Of a stretch of 64,000 bases of DNA, positions 1 through 8,290 are shown in pieces (the stretch's first letter is position 1; every line of letters starts with the position of its first letter). The stretch spans positions 3,332 to 67,331 of IMG/VR virus record IMGVR_UViG_3300005563_000004; one strand, written 5' to 3'. The translations under genes were made by a program, and so were the position numbers. Below the pieces are notes generated by a model that was given only the letters and a program-made list of their open reading frames with translations, was not told the DNA's origin and did not search any database. The DNA is from a virus.

Positions 1-473
1 GCCTCGGTAACCCCAGCGCCAGGGACCTGGAAGGTCGACATCGCCCCGTTCTGCCAAACGAACCCGGCGTGCTGGCCGACAAAATCAGCGCCGACCACCG
101 TGCCGCCATCGTTGATGCCGTAGGCGATATCGTTTGTCTGGTCCTGCACGGTAGCGGCCGGATTGACGATTTGCTGCGTCGAGCCATCGGGCGACCGGAG
201 GAAGCCCACGACGCCGATCGGGGGCGTACCGTTCGCTCCTACGACCGTGCCGCCGTTATTGATCCCGTTGCCAGTCGCCTGATTGTTGCGGCTCGCCAGC
301 GTGATCGGTGAAAACACGCCGTTCGCATAGGTGAAGGCGTGCGGGTAGTGATCCGCGCCGAAACCGCTGTCGTAGCCGACTACCTCTCCGGCGTTGTTGA
401 TGCCGCCCAGCCAGGTACCATCCGATGCGTCGGGCACGGTGACGGTCTGGAACGTGTAGGAACCGATGGCCAC
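1..473 (-). CDS. HAF-type extracellular repeat protein (3' end runs off the window; absent from the ORF track)
   Basis: Read on the - strand: AAGGAGG SD, GTG at 473, then MAIGSYTFQTVTVPDASDGTWLGGINNAGEVVG...HAFTYANG...GINNGGTVVG...GINDGGTVVG...GFVWQNG, i.e. repeated GINxxGxVVG / HAF beta-propeller units. Confidence 0.75.
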   Translation of the reverse strand, partial: MAIGSYTFQTVTVPDASDGTWLGGINNAGEVVGYDSGFGADHYPHAFTYANGVFSPITLASRNNQATGNGINNGGTVVGANGTPPIGVVGFLRSPDGSTQQIVNPAATVQDQTNDIAYGINDGGTVVGADFVGQHAGFVWQNGAMSTFQVPGAGVTE

Positions 474-509
474 GGCGGCTTCCTCCTTCTTATGAACTGG
501 AAGGTAGTG

Positions 510-524
510 TTAACAGCCAGTTAA
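510..524. promoter_or_regulatory. CtrA-like box TTAA-N7-TTAA
   Basis: TTAACAGCCAGTTAA is an exact consensus match, about 37 bp upstream of the 473 start codon. Confidence 0.6.
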
Positions 525-557
525 CGGTAGTCACGCCATGCGGAACGGGGAGGGGAA

Positions 558-797
558 TTAGGGCGGGGATTTTTCGACACGAGCCTCGCACGTCGCCCAG
601 CCCTTGTGAGTTCGGCTGAGCGCGGTTGTGACTGCCACCTCGATGTCAGGGCCGTCCATAGCCTGCGGCCTGAGCAGGGCCACCCAGCCTCCGGTTGTCT
701 CGGCTCGAATGCCGACGACCCAGTAGCCAACTCCCTCATAGTTCACACCCTGGAAGGCGGAGAGCGGCCAATCGATGTTAACGCCAGCAATTTTCAT
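558..797 (-). CDS. hypothetical protein
   Basis: ATG at 797 follows a GGAG element; ORF packs against the upstream gene. Confidence 0.5.
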   Translation of the reverse strand: MKIAGVNIDWPLSAFQGVNYEGVGYWVVGIRAETTGGWVALLRPQAMDGPDIEVAVTTALSRTHKGWATCEARVEKSPP

Positions 798-798
798 G

Positions 799-1053
799 TT
801 AGCGCACTCCCGAAACAGTTTCCCAGGATAGTTCTGCCGCTCGTCTGTCCTCTTGGCGCATGTGCCCATTGGCTGAGCGGTATTTCTGGCGCATGTCGTC
901 CATGTTCGGCTGGCTGCACCCGTTTACTGAGATACCCCCATAGCCGTAGCCGTGCCCCGATCCCGTCCAAAGCCAACACGCCTTGGGATCACTCCGATCC
1001 CCGACCTTGATCCAGAATCGGTCTGCGAGTGGGACCGGACGCCTACCTCTCAT
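799..1053 (-). pseudogene. HNH endonuclease remnant with catalytic core missing
   Basis: RFWIKV...CWLWTG...GYG is joined almost directly to NMDDMRQK; the usual AHR...H..DNPxCVNPxHL core is absent. Confidence 0.6.
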
Positions 1054-1208
1054 TGCACCATCATTCCGTTAGTGTGGGGCCGGAACATGTAATCCTTCGC
1101 CCCTATATCTAGAATCGAACACCCGTTGCACGAACCTCACGTATCTCAGGCGTTTGACAAACCTATGATCTTGTTCATAAATTGAGTCTCAATTATCACG
1201 GAATCGTG

Positions 1209-1236
1209 AAGCCGCATAAGATATAGTATGTTCAAT
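1209..1236 (+). other. dif-like XerC/XerD recombination site
   Basis: AAGCCGCATAA-GATATA-GTATGTTCAAT has the 11-6-11 layout of E. coli dif GGTGCGCATAA-TGTATA-TTATGTTAAAT and lies in an AT-rich intergenic gap. Confidence 0.7.
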
Positions 1237-1280
1237 TACTAACAGTGTACTAGCTATAGTAGGTCTCTCTGTTAGCAATT

Positions 1281-1322
1281 ACAGGGCTGATACTTCGCAA
1301 GTATTTGCAGCCCTGTGGATAA
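1281..1322. promoter_or_regulatory. intergenic stem-loop overlapping a consensus DnaA box
   Basis: ACAGGGCTG-ATACTT-CGC-AAGTAT-ttg-CAGCCCTGT hairpin; TGTGGATAA (reverse complement of TTATCCACA) at 1314-1322. Confidence 0.4.
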
Positions 1323-1342
1323 GACTGACTCTAACAGGTTAT

Positions 1343-1672
1343 CTAGTCCAGCGTCCACCTTTTGCTGCTCAGCTTCTTTCCCAGCACCCGCAGCGTGCTG
1401 CCGATCAGGTACAGCCGGCTACGGCCGTCCAGCTTGACCGCCGCCACCCGCAGGTCGTGCACCACGCCCTCGATCATCGCCAGATGCCGCATCACCAGTT
1501 GCGGATCTTTCAGCGGTAGCCGGATATCCACGCGCGCCGGCCCAGCCACGTCACGGTCGAAGCGCGACAGGCTATCACCGTCCTCCCGCTCCAGCCTCGA
1601 CTCCTCGTTGATCTGCTTGGCGGCGATCGCCCGCTTGACCGGATCGTTCAGCACTCTCTTCCTCCTCGGCAT
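1343..1672 (-). CDS. hypothetical basic protein
   Basis: ORF from MPRRKR; consistent with the leftward early operon. Confidence 0.5.
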   Translation of the reverse strand: MPRRKRVLNDPVKRAIAAKQINEESRLEREDGDSLSRFDRDVAGPARVDIRLPLKDPQLVMRHLAMIEGVVHDLRVAAVKLDGRSRLYLIGSTLRVLGKKLSSKRWTLD

Positions 1673-1834
1673 GATCGCGGTTGCCAACCTTTCCCCTGTA
1701 CCTTTGCTGCGAGACTGGGTTTGTGCATCTGGGCAGGGATCTTCGTCAGGTTGCCGGTCCTGACCCAGTAGCAAGGTTGGCCATGTCGCCTGCGCCGCGT
1801 CGCAGTGTTGAAAGATCTCGCACCGGCTATCTCG

Positions 1835-1954
1835 TTACGGCGCTGGCGGCAGAAAGCGATCATCCTCTATCCGCGCCGCGAACATCAGCGCCACGGTGGC
1901 TACGCCGAGCATCCAGCCGACCACGCAGCCAGCCAAGAAAAAAATCGCAATCAT
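1835..1954 (-). CDS. small single-TM protein (39 aa)
   Basis: GGAGG SD; MIAIFFLAGCVVGWMLGVATVALMFAARIEDDRFLPPAP; below the ORF-track length cutoff. Confidence 0.55.
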   Translation of the reverse strand: MIAIFFLAGCVVGWMLGVATVALMFAARIEDDRFLPPAP

Positions 1955-1964
1955 GGCTGCCTCC

Positions 1965-2429
1965 TCAGAACGGAATCTCGTCGTCTATGTTGCCAGCTGG
2001 CGACTTAGCGCGCGCATTCGCCGGCCGCGACGCCATGGCGGGCTTGCCCTCCTTCGGCATCCAGCGCGTTACCCTATTCTTCGCTGGGTACGTCCCCTGA
2101 GCCGCTTGCGTTCCCACCTCGCACTGCCCGGTACGACCGATCATCTCGCCTTCCATCAGCGATCCAGTCTCGTAGGCGTCGAGCAGGCCACACGACGCAG
2201 CGAACTGGCGAATTTTGAACTGCGCTTTCTCCGTGTTTACGAGGTATTCGTAGAGCATCTTGTAATCGCCGCTCTGGTCTAAGACGCGAACCTTCAGCTC
2301 GGTCATCTCGTTGCCGCTGTTGCTGATCTTTTCCTCAGCCTCCACCACCTCGTAATCGTAAACTCCATCGACCCAGAGACCGGACTCCTGCTTCGCGGCG
2401 TCTTCTGCGGTTACTGGCTTGAACCTCAT
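1965..2429 (-). CDS. phage single-stranded DNA-binding protein (DUF669-like)
   Basis: GVYDYEVVEAEEK.SNSGNEM motif; acidic C-terminus IDDEIPF; immediately downstream of the Sak4-like gene. Confidence 0.8.
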   Translation of the reverse strand: MRFKPVTAEDAAKQESGLWVDGVYDYEVVEAEEKISNSGNEMTELKVRVLDQSGDYKMLYEYLVNTEKAQFKIRQFAASCGLLDAYETGSLMEGEMIGRTGQCEVGTQAAQGTYPAKNRVTRWMPKEGKPAMASRPANARAKSPAGNIDDEIPF

Positions 2430-3343
2430 TGCAACTTGCTCCTCAGATGTTCGATGCACTTTTCCAGCTTGTCCTGCGCCATCTCGTCCCACGTGGAGAC
2501 GTTGGCCGCGGCCAGCCATTTGTCCGTGGTGCCCTCCTCGAGCTTCACCACCTCGAGCAGCCGGTTCAGCTCCTCGATCTGCTCCGGCGTAGCGCAGGCG
2601 ACAGGCGATGACGCTTCCTCGACCACGTCACGGCCGTACAGCTTGGTGAACTCGTCGTAGGTCCAGTCGAAGGTGGCAGCGTGCGGAAACGCCGCGATGC
2701 GCGACTTGCGCACCCGGCCGAAGCGCCGATCGCCCAGCTTCACCACCTGAATTGCCAGGTCCAGCTCATATTCGAGCCGCGGCCAGCAATCGAACGTGCT
2801 ACCGATCTGCGCCCGCTCGCCCTGGCTGTCTTTCCCCCACTCGGGGATCTCGCCGCAGATCAGGATGACGTTCAGGTTCATGCGCGTCAGCCACGAGACC
2901 AGCTGGCGCATGTAGTTGACGGCCGGCTTCTTGTCGGCGCCGAACTCGTTCCGTTTGCCTTCGTCGTGCAGGCGCTCAGCCTCGCGCGCAATCTCGTTGG
3001 CGAACAGCTTGGTCATAGAGTCGATAACCAGTGTGCGCCGATCGTGCTCCTGCGTGGCCAGTGCTTGTACCTGCTCCATCACCACTTGGAATGAAGCAGC
3101 GCCATCGTCAGGACCGAGATACATGCCGTTGGCAGCCTTCAGCCTCTCCCGGTATTCGGGCTGCGTGGCGCCCCCCTCCACGTCGATGAAGTAGACATCG
3201 GGAAAATCTATGGCGAATGAGGTTTTGCCGACGCCAGACGCGCCATAGGCTAGGATCTTCGGTTTGCGGGCTTTGATCAGCTCCGGCGCAGTGGCCAGCA
3301 GCTTCGGCCTTCGCTTGGGTTTGGTTTGCAATCCATCAGGCAT
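2426..3343 (-). CDS. Sak4-like AAA (AAA_24) recombinase/ATPase
   Basis: Walker A YGASGVGKT, FIDVEGG, Walker B TLVIDSMT; paired with an SSB gene. Confidence 0.85.
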   Translation of the reverse strand: MPDGLQTKPKRRPKLLATAPELIKARKPKILAYGASGVGKTSFAIDFPDVYFIDVEGGATQPEYRERLKAANGMYLGPDDGAASFQVVMEQVQALATQEHDRRTLVIDSMTKLFANEIAREAERLHDEGKRNEFGADKKPAVNYMRQLVSWLTRMNLNVILICGEIPEWGKDSQGERAQIGSTFDCWPRLEYELDLAIQVVKLGDRRFGRVRKSRIAAFPHAATFDWTYDEFTKLYGRDVVEEASSPVACATPEQIEELNRLLEVVKLEEGTTDKWLAAANVSTWDEMAQDKLEKCIEHLRSKLQ

Positions 3344-3614
3344 TCTTGCGTTCCTCCAGGTGCACATGCGCCCGCCCATCCCGCGTGTAGATCGCCGTAG
3401 CGATCAGACCGGGCAGTTCGCGGCGGCGCTGACCGATGATGTCGAGGGCCGCGAAGCTGGCGTGCACCAATGTGTTTTCGTTCAGCGTGCCTCTGGCACG
3501 CAGCGTCGCGCGCAGCAGATCATCAACGATCGCCTCGCCGCTCTCAGGGAGAGGGGCGCCAGGCAGCGCCCGCATGTGGATCTCCTGCAGGTACTTTAGC
3601 TGCGCTGGCGTCAT
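3336..3614 (-). CDS. hypothetical protein
   Basis: GGAGG SD; overlaps the next gene start. Confidence 0.55.
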   Translation of the reverse strand: MTPAQLKYLQEIHMRALPGAPLPESGEAIVDDLLRATLRARGTLNENTLVHASFAALDIIGQRRRELPGLIATAIYTRDGRAHVHLEERKNA

Positions 3615-3631
3615 GGCGTCCCTCCTGTTGC

Positions 3632-4015
3632 TTACTGGCTGCCGCCGAACAGATCCCCATAGCTGTTGGGGTCAGGTGCATTGTAGTACTGCTGCAGGGC
3701 GGCGACTGACTGCGCGGCAGCGAACCCGGCAAGCAGGCCGGTGATCGGGCTGCCCGTTCCCACCATCGTCAGCACACCAGCGCCGACGCCCGCCGTGGGC
3801 GGTATGATATATTGCAGGTCTGGACTGACCCCCAGAAACGCATTCGCGCCCGCCGCGCCACTGCTCGATGGAGCAAATGGCGCAGGTGTCGGCCAGTTCA
3901 TGAAGGCTGGCTGTGCGGGCTGGCTCAGCGGAAGGTTCACCACCTGGAACTCACTGAACGGCTGGTTGGGGCTACCGGCCGGATTCAGCGAAGGCGCAAA
4001 GGCAATGTCGGGCAT
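3632..4015 (-). CDS. Pro/Ala-rich hypothetical protein with hydrophobic segment
   Basis: GAGGAG SD; stop/start coupled to the upstream gene. Confidence 0.5.
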   Translation of the reverse strand: MPDIAFAPSLNPAGSPNQPFSEFQVVNLPLSQPAQPAFMNWPTPAPFAPSSSGAAGANAFLGVSPDLQYIIPPTAGVGAGVLTMVGTGSPITGLLAGFAAAQSVAALQQYYNAPDPNSYGDLFGGSQ

Positions 4016-4272
4016 CAAACTCCTCCTCTCGTGTTGAACCGCATCCACTTCGGCATGCGGGGTTTCAGCGCTTCCAGCTGCTCCTCGAGCCGGCGCGCCT
4101 GGGTGATCGGCGCGACCATGGCAATCTCGAAATTCATCAGTTCGCAGCGCAGGTGATCGCCGTTGCGGCAGCCGCTATCGATCAGCTGGGTCAGGCAGTC
4201 GCGCAGGTGGGTCAGCTGCTCGCTGAGCGACTTGCCACCGCGGAAGCATTCGAGGCCGAAGAAGTCAGGCAT
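4015..4272 (-). CDS. hypothetical protein
   Basis: GGAGG SD before MPDFFG. Confidence 0.5.
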   Translation of the reverse strand: MPDFFGLECFRGGKSLSEQLTHLRDCLTQLIDSGCRNGDHLRCELMNFEIAMVAPITQARRLEEQLEALKPRMPKWMRFNTRGGV

Positions 4273-4513
4273 GGCCTCCTCCGCATCCGTCGCGAAGAAG
4301 GCGGAGGGCCAGGACAGCCATTTTGACGCCGCCTCTGCGCCGGTGGGCGATGTGATCTGGCTCGGCTGACTCCGCCTCCCAGCCCAGATCGATAACCGTT
4401 TCTGCGATGTCATCGAGCGCATCCCCTGTCGTGACTGCTTGGCCGGCAGCTTCCTGACGGCAGACTTCGGCCATGATCTCCGCCAGCAGCGGTTTGATCG
4501 GTGCGCGCGTCAT
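4265..4513 (-). CDS. hypothetical protein
   Basis: Overlap-coupled within the early operon. Confidence 0.5.
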   Translation of the reverse strand: MTRAPIKPLLAEIMAEVCRQEAAGQAVTTGDALDDIAETVIDLGWEAESAEPDHIAHRRRGGVKMAVLALRLLRDGCGGGHA

Positions 4514-4710
4514 GCAGGCCACCGGATGTAGGTCTGGTGGACGCTGACCACGTGCGGCTCCTCGAGCCGCGCGTTGACCTCCTCAATCATCAGGTCGATC
4601 TCCTGCATCGCAGCCTGGAAGTGACTGCTGAGCAGCGAGGCGCAGGTTTTCAGCCCCTTCAGCTGCTCGCGGGCGGTCAGCAGTTCGTAAGCCAACACTT
4701 CAGCGCTCAT
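4510..4710 (-). CDS. hypothetical coiled-coil protein
   Basis: AGGAGG SD before MSAEVL. Confidence 0.55.
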   Translation of the reverse strand: MSAEVLAYELLTAREQLKGLKTCASLLSSHFQAAMQEIDLMIEEVNARLEEPHVVSVHQTYIRWPA

Positions 4711-4732
4711 TGTTTCCTCCTGTTGGTTTGGT

Positions 4733-5230
4733 TCAGCGGGCACCGCGCTTCTCGGGCAATGCGGCTTGGTCAAGCGCATCGAGCCGATCACGGATGTTTC
4801 GGATGCGGCGCAGGTTATCCAGCGCCGCGGTGGCATCACTGCCGGGTAACGGCACACCGCGAGCCACCAAGCGCAGATGCAGCGCGTAGTAGTCGGACGC
4901 CTTGCGCAGCGCGCTTTCGACGTTGCCGCGAATGCTGTCCCGGTCGAACCAGTTCGTCAGGTCGTACCGTCGGTAGGGCGACATGAAGGGCGCGAACAGC
5001 TGAAGGTCAGGATCGTTCGGACAACCGAACGCCGCTTGACGACAATCAATGCCTTCTTCGATTTCCGCACCGCAGCCGCGGGGGCACGCAACAAACTTGC
5101 GTTCGGGTAAATTAGGTTGTGGTGAGGGTGGCGTGATAGGTTCGTGACGGACTACTGTCCGGTAAGACGCGCGCCGGGATGGTGCGTCTTCACGAGCAGA
5201 AGGTGCCGTCCAAGAATGATCTTCCCTCAT
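4733..5230 (-). CDS. hypothetical protein with CxxxC...C..C cluster (first gene of the leftward operon)
   Basis: Starts MREDHS; contains CPRGCG...C.....GC. Confidence 0.5.
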   Translation of the reverse strand: MREDHSWTAPSAREDAPSRRASYRTVVRHEPITPPSPQPNLPERKFVACPRGCGAEIEEGIDCRQAAFGCPNDPDLQLFAPFMSPYRRYDLTNWFDRDSIRGNVESALRKASDYYALHLRLVARGVPLPGSDATAALDNLRRIRNIRDRLDALDQAALPEKRGAR

Positions 5231-5277
5231 CCTCACGCCCTTTCGGTTGTCGCCGCGACTACCATCGTCCTGATGAA

Positions 5278-5335
5278 TGTCGCTATAGCCGACAATCGCA
5301 AGCAAGCGCAATCAAATTTGTCGGCTCAGCCGACA
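5278..5335. promoter_or_regulatory. two operator palindromes TGTCG-N7-CGACA (OL-like)
   Basis: TGTCGCTATAGCCGACA (5278-5294) and TGTCGGCTCAGCCGACA (5319-5335). Confidence 0.75.
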
Positions 5336-5356
5336 GATATTTCTACCTCTCTGGTG

Positions 5357-5764
5357 TTAGGGGAGACCGGGGATGCGCAGGAGTCGGACGACGGCCTGAC
5401 GATCGCTATCGTTGAGGCTTTCCCAAAACCCAACGAGGGCAAGTACGTCGCGGTCTTCCAAGAACTTACCGACCAGTGGTCCGCCCGGCGGAACAACACG
5501 ACACAGTAAATAGTCCATCGGAACGCGGAAATGATCAGCTAGAGCCAGCGCCGCTTGTAATCCGATCTGCTGCGTGCCGGCTTCAATGTTTGCAATGGTC
5601 GAGCGGCTGTAGCCAGTAGCAGCGGCTGTCTGTTCCTGCGTCTCGCCCGCGTTCTCGCGTAGCTGGGCCAGCCGCACGCCGATCCGTACCCTGATATTGT
5701 CCATTAGCCACATTTTCGCATGGGCAATTTCAACGGGTGTCGGCTCCGCCGTATTATTTGGCAT
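5357..5764 (-). CDS. CI-like XRE HTH repressor (no S24 peptidase domain)
   Basis: LAQLRENAGETQEQTAAATGYSRSTIANIEAG...LADHFRVPMDYLL; divergent from the Cro-like gene. Start codon uncertain. Confidence 0.85.
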   Translation of the reverse strand: MPNNTAEPTPVEIAHAKMWLMDNIRVRIGVRLAQLRENAGETQEQTAAATGYSRSTIANIEAGTQQIGLQAALALADHFRVPMDYLLCRVVPPGGPLVGKFLEDRDVLALVGFWESLNDSDRQAVVRLLRIPGLP

Positions 5765-5774
5765 TGACGACAAT

Positions 5775-5791
5775 TGTCGGCATAGGCGACA
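5775..5791. promoter_or_regulatory. operator palindrome TGTCG-N7-CGACA (OR-like)
   Basis: TGTCGGCATAGGCGACA between the divergent starts, next to TTGACG at 5764. Confidence 0.75.
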
Positions 5792-5799
5792 ATGTCGGC

Positions 5800-6009
5800 A
5801 TGGACGTAGAAGGCATCATCGAGAGGGCGGGCGGGGCAGTCGAGTTGGCCAAACGCCTAGGGGTAGCCCGCACTACGGTGCTGGACTGGCGTCGAGACGG
5901 CATGGTGCCCGGCGCTCGCATCGCTCAAATCGCGGACGAGTTCGACATTCCGGCGGCCGAGCTTGCGCGGATCACTTACCCACCGCGCGGCAGCGGAAAG
6001 GCCGCCTGA
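5800..6009 (+). CDS. Cro/YdaS-like HTH regulator
   Basis: IIERAGGAVELAKRLGVARTTVLDWRRDGMVP. Confidence 0.85.
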   Translation: MDVEGIIERAGGAVELAKRLGVARTTVLDWRRDGMVPGARIAQIADEFDIPAAELARITYPPRGSGKAA

Positions 6010-6223
6010 TGCCGCCGCACACCACAAAACCAGTTCCACCGCAGCAATGAGGTTCGCCCATGAGTGCCAAGTGTGTGCTTTTGCGTCCTCATCGTTCCGT
6101 CACACGACTTATCACCACGCTATTACATCTTGTTAGCACAAGAGACCGACACGCGACTCAGCCGTTTGTGACTGGCGGTCTCCCGCACAGTTTACCGGCT
6201 TCGCTTCGCTGGGCGCCGATCGT

Positions 6224-6778
6224 ATGAGTGACGAGACGTTTGGCGCGCGGCTGAAGCGGCTGCGCCTGGCGCGCAAGGCCGGCTCCAACGAATGGGGCGG
6301 TCCGGCTTTCTCCCGCAACATGGGCATCGTCCGCAGCACGCTGCACTCCTGGGAAAGCGGCCAGTACAAGATCGCCGACAAGTACATTCCGCGGCTTGCG
6401 CGGCTGCTGGGCTGCACTGAAAAGTACCTGCGGGCGGGGACGGACGAGCCGATTGGCGCCCGCCTGCGTCGGCTGCGCTCTGCGAAGCAGAGAGAATGGC
6501 GCGAGGCGTGGTCGGGCGACGAGATCGCGCGCCAGGTCGAGGTGTCCCGTCTCACGGTCTGGCTGTGGGAAGCCGGCCACCGCATGCCGAACGACGCGCA
6601 CATGGCGCGGCTGGCGGAATGGCTGGGCTGTAGCGAACACTATCTGAGGCACGGCACCGAAGACCCTTTCAATGCGCAGCTAATCGAGCTGCAAGCCAAG
6701 GTGCGTGCCTTCCTTACCCATCGCCGGCCCGGCCGCTCCCGCGAGCGTCGCGAGCTGCAGCAGATGGTGCAGGCATGA
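6224..6778 (+). CDS. tandem double XRE-HTH regulator
   Basis: Two repeats of (F/I)GARL.RLR...(S/L)WE(S/A)G...RLA..LGC(T/S)E.YLR.GT. Confidence 0.8.
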   Translation: MSDETFGARLKRLRLARKAGSNEWGGPAFSRNMGIVRSTLHSWESGQYKIADKYIPRLARLLGCTEKYLRAGTDEPIGARLRRLRSAKQREWREAWSGDEIARQVEVSRLTVWLWEAGHRMPNDAHMARLAEWLGCSEHYLRHGTEDPFNAQLIELQAKVRAFLTHRRPGRSRERRELQQMVQA

Positions 6779-6932
6779 AATCGGCCACGACGCGATCGGG
6801 AAATCCGCGATCGTGGCCCGATCCGCTGGCGTCGGAGCGGTGCTTTCCACCGACGCATGGTGACTTCCTCCCAAGACTCGCCCGGCGGCTTCCCGAACCC
6901 TTGCCGCCGGGCACCCTTTTGGGCGGAACGCA

Positions 6933-7082
6933 TCAGATCAGTCCTTCCAGTCGCAGCAGTTCAATCAGCCACGCCGGCCAATTCACCAAGACTTCCGGCT
7001 CCTCCACTTCCTCACGCTCCGGCGGGCGATCCTCGTGCCAGAGCCACGCCCGCTGGACGTTGTCTCTCTCAAATCTGCGCAT
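6933..7082 (-). CDS. possible 49-aa antisense small protein
   Basis: GGAGGTGA SD; MRRFERDNVQRAWLWHEDRPPEREEVEEPEVLVNWPAWLIELLRLEGLI. Confidence 0.4.
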   Translation of the reverse strand: MRRFERDNVQRAWLWHEDRPPEREEVEEPEVLVNWPAWLIELLRLEGLI

Positions 7083-7127
7083 TGTCTCAATCACCTCCCG
7101 CCTTCGACTTTTTTATCGTGATGGAGA

Positions 7128-7508
7128 ATGACGGTGGCGTGTGGGAATAAATCGCTCCCAAATGATGACGAAATAGCTATAGAGGCTGTTCGTCTAGGCG
7201 TAGCCGCATACCGAAGCGGTGGCCATAAGACACTGAACGCGCTGACTTTGCTGGCGCAGCACATCTCCGGCATCTCGGCGCGACGCATTCGCGGTTTGTT
7301 CTTCCGCGAGCATGGTCGGGACGGTGTCGGGCCGGGCGAGCGGTACACAATCCGCAAGGGTGTAGCTCGCGCTCTGCGTGCACATGCAGAGCAGCTGGAA
7401 TGCAAAGCAGCAGAGCTGCGCGTGATCGCCAATGAAATCGAACAAGAGGAGATGCAATGGGGCAGCAGTCCTTCTCCATCCGCTGCGTTGAAAAGGCTTG
7501 CCGCATGA
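7128..7508 (+). CDS. hypothetical protein, possibly HTH
   Basis: GGAG SD; LLAQHISGISARRIRGLF. Confidence 0.55.
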   Translation: MTVACGNKSLPNDDEIAIEAVRLGVAAYRSGGHKTLNALTLLAQHISGISARRIRGLFFREHGRDGVGPGERYTIRKGVARALRAHAEQLECKAAELRVIANEIEQEEMQWGSSPSPSAALKRLAA

Positions 7509-7741
7509 CCGCGCATTCAGCCCGCGTCATCGCCGATCGGCTCGAGCATTCGCGGACGCTGATGGCGTTCCTCGCGCTGCTCGTGGCTCTCGGAATCGTT
7601 TTCCTTATGCAAGAGACGTTCGACGGCGTGTCATTCTTGCTAACGATGTGGCGGCGGCCGTGAAGCCAGGCGATGGCGACGCCATTGCCATGATTGTCGT
7701 GCTCATCGCGGTGTTGGCGCTCGCTGCCTGGCTGGTGTGGC

Positions 7742-8290
7742 GTGCGCATTCAGCGTGAGCACGCGCTTCAGCGGCAGATCCTTCGCTTTGTCGGTGAAGC
7801 TGTGCGCGTGCCGCACATGTTCGCCTGCCACGACCGCGGCCGTGCACGCTCTGAATACGAACATATCCACGAAGCGGAGCGCGGCATACGTGCCGGCTGG
7901 CCCGACACAGAACTGTGCCTCAACGACGGCATTACATTCCGCTGCGAGCTGAAGGACGTAGGCAAGCATGTCGTTGCAGGCAGCGCCCAAGACTATGTCC
8001 TGGGCAAGCTCAACATGCTGGGCCATCGCTCCACTGTCGCCGACAGCGTCAAGGCGTATGGCGAGGCATGCGAGCGTTTCGGCGTGCCGCTCAGAGGCAA
8101 CTGGCGCACGCTCGCACAGCTGGCTGACGAGCGCGTGGCAGCCGATATCCGCGAGCAGGAAGTGAAAGAGGCAGCGAAACAAGCCGCGGAGCCGCCGCCG
8201 GCCGAAGTCGTGGTGCTGCGGCCGAAGCCGCGGCGCAGACCATCCCCCGCGCAGATCAAGCGCGTGTTTGGAGCGATGAAACCGCTATGA
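7742..8290 (+). CDS. VRR-NUC / PD-(D/E)XK nuclease
   Basis: EHALQRQI...GIRAGWPDTEL...RCELK...Q. Confidence 0.75.
   Translation: MRIQREHALQRQILRFVGEAVRVPHMFACHDRGRARSEYEHIHEAERGIRAGWPDTELCLNDGITFRCELKDVGKHVVAGSAQDYVLGKLNMLGHRSTVADSVKAYGEACERFGVPLRGNWRTLAQLADERVAADIREQEVKEAAKQAAEPPPAEVVVLRPKPRRRPSPAQIKRVFGAMKPL

Noticed and set aside
1314-1322. DnaA-dependent origin
   Set aside because: Only one box, which can occur by chance in 64 kb; the stronger origin candidate is at 11.1 kb.
1054-1342. tRNA or tRNA-derived attP in the AT-rich gap
   Set aside because: No cloverleaf or T-loop GTTCRA with matching stems was found; the dif-like reading explains the site better.
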